A stretch of 64,000 nucleotides of DNA from Hydrolagus affinis. Its lineage: Eukaryota. Below are positions 38,326 to 52,109 of the stretch, one piece after another. The position numbers and the translations under genes were made by a program. The notes below the pieces were generated by a model. The model saw nothing but the letters and a program-made list of their open reading frames with translations. It made no database searches and was not told the origin of the DNA. The stretch covers positions 1 through 64,000 of the forward strand of contig JAAILG010000775.1 in assembly GCA_012026655.1 (NCBI GenBank), written 5' to 3'. How positions within the stretch are numbered: position 1 is the first letter of the stretch; each line of letters opens with the position of its first letter.

Positions 38326-39939
38326 CCAACTCAGTATCCTTATCATGTTTTTCCCCTCCTCACCCCTCTCTGTCATCTTAGCTTAGGTTAAGAGTAATTC
38401 CTGAAAAACAACAACAAAATTACATTTGTATAGCGCCTTCACGTCGGGGGACATCCCAAGGCAATCTTAAAGCATATCGGGTGGTGCGTGTATGTACAGA
38501 ACGTAGAGTGATCGGGTAACAAAAAAAACTGTATGATAGTCTCGGATGTACACTGTCAGCACTGTCAGCAGTGGAGTGAGAGAGGAGGCAGCTTTCACTC
38601 ATTGATTCATAATCGCAGGTGGGTACCGAAGCCATACAAATGCGCACGGTCGAGTCTGGGCTTCACACGTCACGCACGACTGCCATACAAAACGCGTGCC
38701 ATACGCACTCTAGCGCCAGGATTTCCACAACGCGCTGGGTAATTGGTCATGAACTGGCTCAGACCACTAAAACACTAGAGACCAAAGTTGAGTAAGCTGG
38801 CACCTGTTGCCATTGCAGCTGTCTGTCAGTACTTCATGTGTTCTCCATTCTCCAGCATTAAACAGCTGCAAGTACAATATATATATGCAATATATAAATG
38901 CACCTTTGTAACAGAATGTACACATGCTTCCATTCCCCTTTTCTTTAATGCAGAGGTGTCTTACGATCTGGCTGAAAACTGAAGTGCCACAGAGATCTGT
39001 TAAACAACATGGCTCATTGGAGGGGATTTCTGTCGTTCTGTAAAAGAGTAACAACAGCTCCTGTGATCTGCTTCCTTTCCTCACCACATTCCCTCCACTT
39101 TACAGAGGGTTTTCCAGCTCTCCACAGAGCGGGTGGGGTCGAGGCATTTCATATCAGGACTGATGTGTAAAACACTTTGAGACGTCCTTCAGATATGAAA
39201 ACCATTATATCTTTGGCGAGGATTATTTTTATTATTATTATTACGTGTGTCTGCTCATTAATGATACCCAGTAATTCCTGCTGGATGGTTGTGATGACAT
39301 CAAGTAAGTAAGTATCTCAAGATAGTGTCTGTCGATCTTCACTATCAAGTCACGCACAAACAATGGGTCAAGTGCAGAAGAGTTTCTTGTGAAAGTGACC
39401 CCAAGAAGCAAGGGTTGAGGGGGTGGGAGTGGAAATGAAAGAAGTCAAAAGCCTTCAAGAGAGTTAAGAGAGAGGAGCAAAGTCAGCAAGGGACAAATCT
39501 GCTAGACCTATTTAAGGCTCAACATTTCCATTGGCTGCTCTCTCTGGTTCATCCGTTTTATTTGTACAAAATAAATCACAGTCACAGCCCCTTGCAATGA
39601 AAGAGTGGTTTTGAGGCATTGTGCAGATGATGATTTATAGCAATCTAAATACCGACTGCATTCTAGAGAAACACTAGTAAATAGTATCTGAACACATAAA
39701 AAGAAAGGCAGGAGAGAGCAGCCAAAGCAGATGCCAATTCAGCAGTTGTTGCTGAATGTCTATTTCGATGGAATATTCAGTTGAACTAATGAAATTTCTG
39801 AGGCTGAGTAACCAGCTGGCAGAAACCACCTGATATATTAGTGAACTTTTTTCATCTTTCAATTAAAAGGGGCCATGTGTTCTGACTGCTTTTGTTTTTT
39901 TTAGCAAAGTGGTAACGTCCCATTTTTAAAATGTTAATC

Positions 39940-40345
39940 ATTTTTGCATTTCACATAGTGCCATCCCAAAGGACTTCATGGGATACACCATGATGTGTAG
40001 TAACTGTGTTTTGTAGGCAAACCCAGCAGCCAATTTGCCCACACCAATGTCCCATGAACAACCAGGAATTTATTATTATTATTATGATTGTGAATGATCA
40101 ATTTTATCCGGGGGATTGTTAGCCTGATGTAAACTCCCATCATTTTTTCTCCACATGAACAGGCAGATGGCATCTCGGTTTAACATCTCATCTGAAAGAC
40201 AGCATCTCCAAAATTAACTGAAATACTCCCCCAGCACTGAACTGGAAGGTCAGAGTCATAACATGGAGCACAGAGTCATAACACTGAGCTTGAACATGCA
40301 ACCCTCTGCCTCAAAGACTACAAGGGTGCTACTTACTGAGCCTGG
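39940..40345 (-). mobile_element. Deu-domain SINE, near full span
   Basis: gcagatgggcatctcggtttaacatctcatctgaaagacagcatctcc (Deu core, reverse complement); head gggtgctacttactgagcc. Confidence 0.9.
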
Positions 40346-40689
40346 CTTACCTACACATTAAATCATGGAGCACAAATATTGCATTCAAATGCTGCTGCTG
40401 CTTGCAGTTAGAGCCAAAGCAGTAAACAACTTTATATTAAAAGGTAAAGCCTATTATTGTGCCAGCAGACAAAATCGGGATAAAGTTGTTGTTGGTACCT
40501 GGAAATCAGTTTGGAATGTAAAACAATAACTCTTTGGTGCTTTAACAAATGCACACAATGTAAATGTACGAATCAACAAACCAGAGCAGTTATCAGTAGC
40601 AATGTGTACTTTGCCAATAGCAAAGATGGCGATAGACTGCCTGTCTGCCACAATCTTTTTAGCCTGATGGCTGTTTCCTTACACTCCTC

Positions 40690-41100
40690 CCTTCCAATTT
40701 TCTCACAGTCATCTTTTCAGAAGGTATGGACTGACTCTCACTCTGTGTCATGGCTCCACAGGCGCTTTCCATCCTCTGCTACAGTATCTCGCCAAGCGCC
40801 TACTGATCCTTCTGCTAGACCCCAGACACCAAGCGTCAGTAACAATTCCACCATGGGGAAATCAGAGCAAAAGCCCTTCCTATCCTCACCCGCCATCCAC
40901 ACATGTGAACTCTTCGGCAAGGGTCACTGGATTGCAATCAAAAGCAGGAACCCTGGTTGATTTTTCCCGCTTCTTAATTGTAGTACCAGTCCTATCGCCC
41001 TGGTTAAGCTCAGCTTACTCAGCACAGACAGAGAGAGACTTGAACCTTGGACCTTCCAGGTTTGCGTTCAGCAAACCTCAAGTGCTTAAATTGAGTGATA
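40690..41100 (-). mobile_element. LF-SINE-like element, near full span
   Basis: gaaggtatggactgactct (3' end, reverse complement); cctatcctcacccgccatccacacatgtgaac; gggtcactggattgcaatcaaaagcaggaaccctggttgattttt; actcagcacagac...gaacct. Confidence 0.9.
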
Positions 41101-41594
41101 TTACTTAACAAGCTTCCATTTGAAGAGCACATGATTTTAAACACTCGAGTCACAACAATAATGAAAGAACGTGGGGGGAAGTTTGCTGGCATTTCAGAGG
41201 CTGGCAAGCAGACAGTTTGACTACAAACCAGCATTGATGAATCGTCAGTTTGACTAAAAACAGGAATTTGTGTTAAAAGTTAAAAGTCCTTGATGCCACA
41301 ACATCTTGGCTTCTTGGGAGAGGTTCAAAGTACAAAATGCCCCCAAATTAACTAAAACATGTAGAATTTACCACAAAAATTCACCGTAATATCAGCACAG
41401 CAGCAACTTGAGACAGATTTGGTTTGGGGGTGGCTGGCAGCATTCATTGCCTTTACATGAGTAACACAGAAGAAATAACATGATTTGAAGTGGAGCGCTA
41501 ATCTATATGCTCATTGATGTTAAAAACAGTGCATTGGCTGCATTGGATGTCAGTTGTGAGCAAGTGGTGGCAAACAGCACTGATGTCTGCAGAG

Positions 41595-41760
41595 TCATCA
41601 CTTCGATCCATGACTGTTTGTGGGACAATGATGTGCACAATTGGCTGCCAAGTTTCGCCCACAAATAGCTTTACAGCATATTAAGTGACACACTTTGAGA
41701 CATCTATAAGACATGAAAAGCGCTATATCAAATGCAAGTATTATTATTAATATTATTATT
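41595..41760 (+). mobile_element. Young SINE 3' half
   Basis: atccatgactgtttgtgggac...aagcgctatatcaaatgcaag(tat)n. Confidence 0.92.
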
Positions 41761-41851
41761 GACTTTTCACTCTCTAATAGTTAGTGCTTAAATGTTTCCC
41801 ATCAGTTGTTAAAGATCCATACATTGCTAGAAAGTTGATTAGGAAATGATG

Positions 41852-42220
41852 GATGGCCTGGCTCAGTTTGGAACACTCTCAGCATTGAGGGCATAGTCTT
41901 GGATGATACTCCAATGCAATGCTCTGTCACAGGTTCTGTTTCTTGGAAGCATTAAACTGAGGTTCTGTCTGACTGTTCGGGTGCTGGTTGAAGACCCAGT
42001 GGCACTATTTAAAAAGGGAAGGGAATTTCTCTTTGTGTTCTGACCAACAATCCCCTAGGCCGAGATCATTCATTTCACAGCTGTTTGTGGGACAAATTGG
42101 GTGCTGCGTTCAATTACAAATACACAGTCACTACACTTCGCAGTAAATTCTTGCTTAGTGCTTTGAGATACCTCGACGGTGTAATAAGGTGCAATATCAA
42201 ATGCGAGGATAGTTGTTGTT
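41852..42220 (+). mobile_element. Deu-domain SINE, near full span
   Basis: tggctcagtttgg head; ttaaactgaggttctgtctg...gaagacccagtggcactattt; L2-like tail. Confidence 0.85.
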
Positions 42221-42688
42221 TTTGTAATGCAACCCTAAAACAATGGCCATGTCTGTAAGACCGAAATGATATAGAACCTCAGGCATTCAGTACTGGTAGG
42301 TGTATGCTTTGCAATGTTAGCAAGTGGCTGATGTATGTAAGGAATGCAGTTCAATTGCCAGGGAAGTAATGTAATTTTGAGCTATGGAATAATTTCTGCA
42401 GAACACTAATGAAACTCTTATTCACTTTGGCAGGCTAAATGAGTGTAAAATAACTGAACAAGAGGACCCCACATCTCTCCCATTGAAAGTCGCTGATTAT
42501 GCTGGAGGAAACCAGTGCATGGAATTTGGGACATCAACTACCATTGTTATTTGTGCCATTGGGCAATGCCACCGATGTAGAGTCCTGTGATTAAATCCTC
42601 GAGGGTGAAGAGGATGTACAGACCATAATGAAATGGGATTTGCTTGCTACGTGGAGAACAAGTCTTTTCTCTGCTTTGTGCCTTGCAG

Positions 42689-42803
42689 ATTGTAACACTA
42701 ATGCAGTAACAATTAGCCCTGGTGGAGACGAGGAGAAGAGTTTCCTTGCTCTCCAGACTCCTCCCCACATATACAGGGAGGTCATGGTCCCTGGGTATCG
42801 CAG
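42689..42803 (+). other. Candidate internal exon (115 nt), unassigned
   Basis: Acceptor tcttttctctgctttgtgccttgcag; donor CAG|gtacct (moderate); one open frame DCNTNAVTISPGGDEEKSFLALQTPPHIYREVMVPGYR; no homology recognised. Confidence 0.2.
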
Positions 42804-43019
42804 GTACCTGTCATGAATGGGTCGCATCGGCTCGAAGTTTGCTTGTGAGGCAAGCAATGGATGAATCATGAAACACCTCTTCCTCTAAAATACACAAAGA
42901 ACCTTTTAAGCATTTTTATAGCACCTTATCATGTCAAACCAAGCCTAATAACTGTTCCTATACACAAACATGGCAATCATTTTATGCACTCACACTCAGC
43001 CACAAAGCAAAAGAAGAAT

Positions 43020-43230
43020 TATTGGGCAGGGCACTGGAAGAAATTCTCTTTTCAAAATGTGCCATGAAATCCAATTGAAGAAGAGGCAGATGAGAGCTTT
43101 GTTTGACATCTTATCCAAAGGACAGCCACTCCAACAATGCAACGTTCCCCCACAACTGCACTGAAGTCTTAGCCTGGTCCTATTATGAGCCCAAGCCCTG
43201 CTTTTAAACCAGAAGGAGGCTTGATACAAA
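43020..43230 (-). mobile_element. Deu-domain SINE fragment
   Basis: gtgccatgaaatcc...tttgacatcttatccaaaggacagccactccaacaatgcaac...actgcactgaagt. Confidence 0.8.
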
Positions 43231-44997
43231 CAAGATCAAAGAGATGTATTGCCAGAGGATCGTGTAAAAATTATTCATTCCTATGATAGTCCAGGCCTTA
43301 AGAACCCTGGATCTGTGGAGAAACCAGATCCAGGTGGTTCTGCAGGGAACATCTGTGGAAATTCAATCCAAAAAGCAATGAATGAATGTTCCACACAGAT
43401 TGGAGTTTTAATGAATTGATTTCGCAACCTCAGTGTTAAAGGCAATGACCATTTGCAATTACAGGTTGAAATACTATGCATTAAATCCAGACCATTATTA
43501 GTGCCAAACATAAAATATTCCACACATTTATACATTTCCTGATATTGACATTAAATGGCAATAATTCTAATCCCTTGTCCCTTATAAATCCCCAAATTCC
43601 TATACTTCTATGAGGATATAAAACATATTTGTTGGTGAAAACCTTCTGTACTCAATGCTTTGAGGATGGTTGACATTGGTTTGCATTCACACAGCGGACA
43701 AAATAGACGAAAATCTAACTCACCTATTAACCAAATCTAAGTTCTAAAGTAACAATTTGCAAACTGTCATTTGCGCATTAAATCATACATTTTATGGCCT
43801 TTAATAAACTTGTGTTTCACCTTCCATCAGTTAACCCTGTTAATCTTGGCACATTCTGGTGAAACTACACTTATCAAACTAATTGTTCTGGCAGCTTTAA
43901 ACTTGTACTGGTATATTTAGCATAAACGTTGTACATTTGTTTCAGTGGAAAGTGAGCTGTTACTATTTGTTTGCAGCTTCAATACAGCTGACTTCAGTCT
44001 ATGAAGACAAAGTGGAATGGTTTCAGTTAATGTGCGTTCAACAGCATTGCAAAGCAATTAATCATTTGGATTGTTTCTTCACTTCCCCAACAATTATTTT
44101 GGGATCAGCGATGGGAAACCTGTACTTACTTTCAGTTACGGAAACAATGTGACACTGCAAGCTCAAAGTTCATCGCAGATTTAATCTTTCTCTTTACCTA
44201 CAGGACAAAATGTTCATGATATCTTCACGTAAAGGAGTCTGTGCACTGGACTGTGCTGGTAATCAAAGGACACTCTGTGCAGCCAGAAAAAAACAACATT
44301 ACAGCTTCTTTATTGATGCAATAATTCGAGTTAAAATAAAGCCCACTAACATTCAGTTAACAGCACTGGGGAAAAAAGCGTAATGTTCACACTGGAATTT
44401 TTTTGACAAACCAAATTTGTTCTGCAGTCATTTAGCCTGACAGTCAAAAATGCTTCCTGTGCAAAAGGTTACTTTAGAGCATTGTTTGGCAAAGGCAAAG
44501 CTACAGGATAAAATTCCCATTAATAGACTGGAAGAGCAGTTGCGGAGCAATGTATCTTGCGGAAAGGCGGATCTGGCCTGGTTAAAATGCTTAGGAGATC
44601 ATCTGAGGGAAGAAAGTATGCTGTTGCTATGAGAATGATCAAGAGATCAGATAAATTTTGCCTCCCATTTTTACGTTCTATAATGATATTAGCATCCTTT
44701 TGCTTCACGGCTGTTTGTAGGTCATCGCTGGGTGCCGATCAGCTGTTGGGTTTAACTACAAATCCAAGCAGAAAACTCTGAAAGACTATGAGGCATTTTG
44801 CTGAGATAAAGCACTAAATCAAGGATTATTATTACCATATTAGGACACAAACATGTTAATGTGAGCAAGTAAAATCCTGGGAGGGGAACAATCGGTTCAA
44901 GTGTAATTATTTGGGCATGCATTTAGCAAAATAATCCTTGAATAGTAACATACGCTAGTACAGACATGATGGGTGCAGAGAAAAGAGACAAATAACG

Positions 44998-45020
44998 TGT
45001 GTGTGTGTGTGTGTGTGTGT
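44998..45020. repeat. (GT)n microsatellite
   Basis: Direct reading. Confidence 0.95.
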
Positions 45021-45774
45021 AAAAACCCAATCAGCAGGCCATTGCAAATTAACTGATGCCAGTTTAGAGCTAGCAGCAAAACAGTCCACTTCCAAACTCA
45101 GTGCTTTCTCACTAATGTTTCTTTCAAATAGCTGGTTGCAGACAGGCTCATTTGAATCCCTGGTTCTTTTCTGCCTCCAGAAAAGCTGCAGCATGTGGCT
45201 GTAATGGGTTGGTAATTTGATATCAATCAGCACATGGACATAGTTAAGGGAGAACTGTATAAGTAATGAGAGATCATATGTAGTTTAGATAAATGCGATT
45301 TAAACCCAATGTGATCCTCAAGTGTTAACAGGCCACAAGTGTAAATACAGTTAAAAATCTTAACGCCCGCCAGGAAATAAATTTAACCTTTTAAAGTAAT
45401 CACTGTGACATCTTATAGAGTGGCAATTCTTCCCTTTTCTGCCATCTTCTTATGCTGAAGTTGTTGAGTCTTTTGCCAGGTTATAGATTTGGATGCCACT
45501 CGAAATCACAGCTTGGTTTGAACTCTGTTAACTATAAGTGTTGGGTTTCCACATGTGTCAGACACCTGGCTGTCACTCCCCCCAAAAAAAACATGCCACC
45601 AGCTCTCTGGGTTCTTGCCAACATTTCGCATGGGAGTCTATGTCACACACCAGACTACAGGAGAGGTTCAGATAAAGTAAATCCTTCAATCCATTTGATC
45701 TCACCATTCCAGAATACCAACCCTATTGACACCCCATCACAGAAACAAGTTTTTTTTAATATATATATAATCGA

Positions 45775-45950
45775 TTCCAAAATCCTGGCCTCAACCACCC
45801 TCCTCTCCTGTTCCAGTCGTTAGTTACCCTTTGAGTAAAGAGGTACTTCCTGGTGTCTGTCATTGAAGCTGCACTTTTACAACCCAAACCTGTGTCCTCC
45901 TTGTTCTGCCGTCTCAGTGCATCCGAAATAATTTTTCCAGGTTGTCGACA
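45775..45950 (-). mobile_element. CR1 ORF2 3' fragment
   Basis: Translates TDTRKYLFTQRVTNDWN, resembling the CR1 motif RK.FF.QRVV..WN. Confidence 0.85.
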
Positions 45951-46141
45951 GACTGTTCGGCCATAGGGCATTCCAAACCCGGTGTGTTCCTGTTTCTCTA
46001 CTAGGCATCCAGATGTGCACACTTTCCAGAAAGATCACTGGACGGTAATCAGTCTAACTGCTGCCTCAGCTGCTTTCAATGATCTAAACACTAATTACAC
46101 TATCTAGTCTACGTGAATACACAATACTGGACTGTGAATTT

Positions 46142-46310
46142 TAGGGAGGTCCACCTTATTCAGTTTGCTCCCCCTACTGGCTCCCCCGCATAGCCCATAA
46201 ATTTCATGTTATGTTTCTAGAAGGGAAACACGAAAATTGTTTATGAGGCCCACGGATGCTTCTCAAATAGGGCATCCGACTCTCAGCAGCCAAAAGGTTG
46301 GACCACCCTG
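46142..46310. mobile_element. hAT-like MITE
   Basis: Imperfect TIRs: tagggaggtccacctt versus the reverse complement of the right end, cagggtggtccaacctt (Charlie/MER5-like); TSD decayed. Confidence 0.45.
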
Positions 46311-48349
46311 ATTAATTATTAAACTCTCAAGGACATCAGCTGTCCTTCAAGCGTGGACTGTATGGCTTGGTGCTATACAGTACTAGACTTTAACCACTAA
46401 GCCATCAGTGGAACTTTTTATTGTTTAAATCAGCATGCATGGTTAAAAAACAAGTACTGTACATTAAAATATGTAACATTGAATTCCCCTACATGAAAAT
46501 TTACTGTACCGAACCCAAAGGAAAAAAATATTTAACACCCGGGCAAAAACTGAGAAGTATGGGATAGGAAATTGTGATTTCACACCTTTACAACTTGACT
46601 CACCTGAACATTCACCGTGTAATGTTATTTAATCCACAAAATGCAATGTAGATTCACTCAGTCCTTTAATTCAAACTTTACAAGTCACCCACTTTCAAAT
46701 CAATCTGTTTCACACTCTCTTTCAAATCTGCAAGTCACTCTTCCCAGAATCCTTTTATACTTGCAAATCCATATTCAATTGCCACTTATGTCGTTAAAGC
46801 AAATATGCAACAACTGAGCAATTAAATGCACAATGTTTATAGTAACTGGAAAAAGAGCATTTTTCTTATTTATTCCAACCCAAGCTGCTTCAATCCGCTT
46901 TCCACTTAGACTTTACATTTCATTTTGGCCCCAAATTGGCTGCCTAGAGAAGTGTATGCCTAGAGAAATACAGTTGCTACCTTTACTGTGACCTCTGTGA
47001 AGTGCTTTGGGATGTAGTTCAAACGTAAAAGGCACAATATCAAGTGCAAGCAGCTTTGCTGCTCACTTCCACTTTCTCAAACATGAAAAATAAATGAAAA
47101 GAGAGAACGTAGGCAGCCAAGGAATTCTGATACACAATGAAGATCTGAATTTGCATTGCTTGTCAACTCTATTGTTCCTTTTGCTCCACACATACAACAG
47201 AAACTATGTGTAGGTCTCAATGCGCCTTTTTGAGGAAAACATTTTTAAGACACCTTCCCGATCTGAAAGGTGTTGTATAACTGGAAATTGTTTTGTATTG
47301 TGTAAAGTTTGGTTTCATGCGGCAGATGTGGTTTGGCCATGATGTCTGAAAACCGGGGCTTACTTTCAGCCGAAGAGGCTTGAGGGGAAACGGAGGATGT
47401 GAGCACTAACATCTCTTAAATCGTGGCTTATGGTTACTAGGATGTGGGCAGCAGAGTAAAGATTAGGAAGGACACCAGTTGTCAATGAGAGTACTGAAAT
47501 GTCAGTACAGTTGACTTGTAACAAAAAAAACACATAGATTTAATCTTAGTGAAAGGTTTCTAGTCAATGAAAAATCTTTTGCACTGTGCAAAATTATCAA
47601 CAGCAATGATCTAACAATTATTTTAATCTAGGCAAATAAGCCTGTTTGCATCCAACACAAAACCATCAAACAGAGAATAGGAAGCCATGTGCTGAGTATC
47701 TGCATTGAAAAGTGGGTTACATGGTTCATTGCAGAAATGCAATATAGCGACATATTAATTTTTTCCATGGCTATCCCTTCACAGGGTTCAGTCTAACAAT
47801 ACGGTCGAAACATGCTTCTTCCCAGGCCTCTGAGGCACAAGGGAGTATATATCCATTCCTTTGACATAAGGTAAGTAGGGAGGAAACCTCATAGGTCTGG
47901 TCTATCTTCAACTGAGGAAGGAGCTTGTGATGAGGAGAAGGAGGTGATGAAGGTTCAGGTTTGCTTTGGTAGGAAATCTCAATGGAACTTCATTGCTGTG
48001 TATGAAGAGCGATGAAAATTGGATCAAAAACCAAAGAAAAAATCTTTCGGATCAGGCAAAAAATTATTTTTGTTGGTTGAATGTTTCTCGATTTACACCA
48101 TAGACCAAGAAATATACAATCAAGACAAACATGGAAACAAATAACTGATTGACCACGGACTGACCTAGATTAGTACGAATGTTCGGGTGGGGGAAGCAGA
48201 GTGGGTTGTTGGGAATGGGGTGTTGGGGTGGGGGTGGGGGGTGGGGGAGCGCTTCTTGACGTCCCCACAGACTAGAACCAGCCCACGGGCCGAAGTTTGG
48301 CCGGCACATGTCTAGACTGTGAGCTCAATGTCCCTACAGGGCCATGAAT

Positions 48350-48400
48350 CCACACACTTGTGACTCAGAGGTGAGAGTGCTACTAACAGAGCCAAGCTGG
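48350..48400 (-). mobile_element. Deu-SINE tRNA head fragment
   Basis: tgactcagaggtgagagtgctactaacagagccaagctg. Confidence 0.75.
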
Positions 48401-49615
48401 CAACCCAAACTATCCACTCAACAGATGGTCATTGTTAGGTTGCGACATTACTCAGAGCAGATCCAACCTATTTAGAGATCTCCTTCTCTGGTTTGTGGCT
48501 TGTTCTGCTCTTTTCCGCAATAGAATTAACCTGAATCCATTTTTCAACAAATGCTGAGTAGGGGTGGTATTCTTTTATCCATCAATTGTTTGTTTTGGGT
48601 TAAGCCCAGATTTGAACTGGTGTTACTTTCTCTGGCAATGTGCTGTAAACCTCAAAAAGGAAACTGCACATTGAGCTCATTTTGCTTTGCCACATCCCAT
48701 CATTACTGAACGTAAGTGAAGTAGTAGCGTAATAGGGAAATTCTTAGCACCACAGCACAGCAAAGCACAATCTATTCCGGAATAAATGTGAGATGGCCTG
48801 GTTTGCATTTGGTTTTTTTTTTGTGCCAGAATTAAAATTAGGCATATATGTATCTGTTATATTTGATGACCAGTAGATGTCTCTAACATGTTTTATCAAT
48901 ACAAGATTTCAAAGATTTGCAAAGAATGTACACCACAGAAACTGAACACTTGTATCAAAACTATACTTCGCCCATTCCTCACTCTCTCCCAAAGCCTTCT
49001 CTCTCCTCTCCCTCATGTGAGGATCCAGCTTCCTCTTGAATGTATCTGTAACTATAATACAACATTTACAAAGTGCATTGTTAAGAATCTAGAGGCAGAA
49101 CATTTCTATTACACTTTTGCATTCTAAGTCTATTGTGACATTTATTAGATACTACATCGAGACTCAGACAATTAATTTGAATGTGATCTGTGTTTTCCCA
49201 GCCCTTGCACGTTTATTTCACTCTGTATATTTTTGTCTAAGCTTTGGTTTGTTTAGTTATAAGTAAGTAGAAGCTACATATACATAGGGATCATACGTTT
49301 ATTTTAAAATGTTCTATTTAAAGGAACATTCTGTATTTTCCCCTCAACAAGAGTCTGGACAACCGAAACAAATACTGTGTGACATTTACAAGATCCTGCG
49401 ATAAAGATCTGGGCTGACATGTTCTTCAGAAAAAATATACTTATATAAGTTGGATGAGTGTGAACCTCTTAAATCCACTAAATGGCTACTCGAGCAAGCT
49501 CAGTTGGTTGAGTAGGCGACTTAGAAGCAAAAGTTTATAGCTTTGAAGACCGAGGCACCAGTCAGCCTTCGTCCACCAGAAAATTTAAAAAAAGACATTT
49601 CCCACAAGGTGCATG

Positions 49616-50030
49616 AACAACAACAAAATTACATCTGTATAGCGACTTTCACATTTGGGAAACGTCCCAAGATGCTGAACAGACAGTATTCTGGACCCAA
49701 CCTGGGGGAAAGGGATTGGGGAGGGTGGAGGGCAGGCGGTGGAAGGAAGTTGATCGAAAGTACGGTCAAAGAGGAGGGCCTTGAGTTGGGGATTGAAGGA
49801 GGCGAGAGATGGGGCGAGGTGGAGGTACTGCGGAATAGAGTTCCAGAGGATGGGGGCAGAATGGCTGAAGGCCCGACCACCAATGGTGGGGCATGTGAAG
49901 CAGGCCGCAGCCCACCGAGCAGAGGGAGCAGGCAGATTGATAGGGGCTTAGGAGGTCGCAGAGGTAGGGTAAGCAAGGCCACGAAGGTTCTCTGGAGGTG
50001 AGGACCAGGATCTTGAACTGTATCCTCTGT
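49616..50030 (-). mobile_element. L2 LINE 3' fragment (longest in the window)
   Basis: (CAA)n tail; reverse complement contains gccttcagccattctgcccccatcctctggaac (AFSHSAPILWN) and acagttcaagatcctggtcctcacc (QFKILVLT). Confidence 0.92.
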
Positions 50031-52109
50031 GATGGGCACGATATAAATTGTCGTATAATTACCCCAGTGCAAAAATTAAAGGGGAGGGGATAAACTGAGG
50101 GGTGAGACCAGTTAGAGTAACATGACTTAGTTATAGTCCACCTACTACTTCCACCTAATAATGATGCACAAATTTTTAAGTGTTGGAAGTCCTTTTCCTA
50201 AAAGACTGCTCCTTTAAAGCGGCCGTTGTAAGAATAATTGATCAAAAATAGCTTCAATATTTCCATACAAGCTGACTGGTCTAATAAAAGGAATGACTCC
50301 TTCGTATCTTCAAACAGCTCTTTCGAATTGGCACTCCAATAGCAGTTCTAAAATGGCAGTGAAATAAGTTAGGAACAAAGTCAATAAGAACCCATCTCCA
50401 AACATTATTACCCTCACCCACATTTTGTGCCTGGGAAATGATAGCATCACACTGTCTCTTTGTCTCTGACACAAAGGAGACTATTCTTCAGCCTATCTAC
50501 TGCTATGTGACCCTGAAAGGTTAAGGTTCAGAACACTTTTTCAAAATATGCCTTCAAGACCCAAATCCCAGAGAACAAAGAAAAGGAATGTGTTCCTAAG
50601 CAGTTTGATTATTTCAGTCATTATTATTAGAATTTTTTTTACGAATCTACAATTGTTAGATGGCTCTGTTATTATAGATTTTTTTTTACTAAGACATGAC
50701 TTGTGCACAATCTGGTGTTCAGTACTGTAGCGCCTCTTCATCGTATGAGCTGAATATAATACCCCATGTCCTCAGTTAACATAATCATAATAGATTTTGT
50801 ATGGAAGCATTAATTATTGATTACTTTGAGCCTTTTACTGCTCCCTTACTAACCACAACACCATTATACTAATTCTCGCACTGTGTTATGCCACGGCTTC
50901 TTTCCATTCCGCCCTCTTCCTACTCAAACATTTATAATATTATTGTTTCACAGAATATCTGTGTGTAGAGCAAACAACACCTGGTTTCTTGAAACTTCCA
51001 AGAACATTCCCTGGAACTGACAATCACTAACACACGAAGAACATCTCGATGATGTGATAAGGCATTGCATCAAATGCTAGGATTATTGTAAGCGACCAGC
51101 CTTGTCAGTTTCCAAGTGTTTGACTAGGTAGTGACAATTCTAAAGTATACACCGAGATATAACAATTCTTGTTCTTCCTGACTCAAAGAACATTACAAAA
51201 CAGGAAACAGGGTTTGTTGTTCTGACATGTATTTGCTAAATTATTCACAAAACCCCTGTATTGCCAACTTTAGTGTGTCAGATGAGAGGGAAGGGCCTGA
51301 GAGCTATGCATCTCAGACTGCAAAGGCATAAGTGATGCGACTCACGCCTTTGCTGACCTGAAAGGCGCGATATAAGTGAAATTTTGTTGTGGTTGTTGTT
51401 GCTGTCTGTGAATGTGAAACCTCCTAGCTTGGGTTCCTACTCCATCTTTTGCAAAGAGCGCTTTGAGATGTTCTTCTTATATGGAGTGCTCTATATAAGT
51501 GCATCTTGCTGTTGTTGTGAATGATGTATGTATGGCCCTCATCACATCGCTGTACTGGCCTCGCTGTCCCACACAACTGTAGTGGTAGAGAAGGCAGGTA
51601 GCTCACTTCCTTTGCCAATTCTTCTCTGCAGCATACAGTAATACAGCAGCTGCCATTTCCTCCTCCTCACACTATGGGGGTGGGGGGTGGGGAGGGGGTG
51701 CTAGTAGGAGGAGTGAGAATGTGGGTGGGGGGGTTGAATTGAATTTGTATCTCTGACCTGTATAGTATTGTGCATCGTATCTCTCACCCATCCGTAATAT
51801 CCATGTTAGCCTTGTCATAGATTTGATTTTGTTTTTGTTACACCTCGTACCTCACACTTATGGCAGAACGCTAGTTCCTCTCTGTAATGCATTACCTGTG
51901 GTCTAACCTTCACTGTTGTCCCAGTGATAATGCAGTGCTAAACAGAGACCCTAGTGAACAAAAGACTGCTAGCACAGCAGCTGAAGCTGCTGATTGTTTG
52001 ATTCCTATCTAGGGGAATGCTGATCGACTTTGTGTCTCAAGACCGTTTGTCACTCAAAGTTGTCTGCTTTTGCTGAAAGATGAATGAATTGTCAAATTGT
52101 GTTTCACTG

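Noticed and set aside
49543-50072. Overlapping 152-aa and 147-aa ORFs
   Set aside because: Antisense and off-frame readings of a GC-rich L2 fragment. The same applies to 1983-2451, 25030-25363 and 59930-60306.
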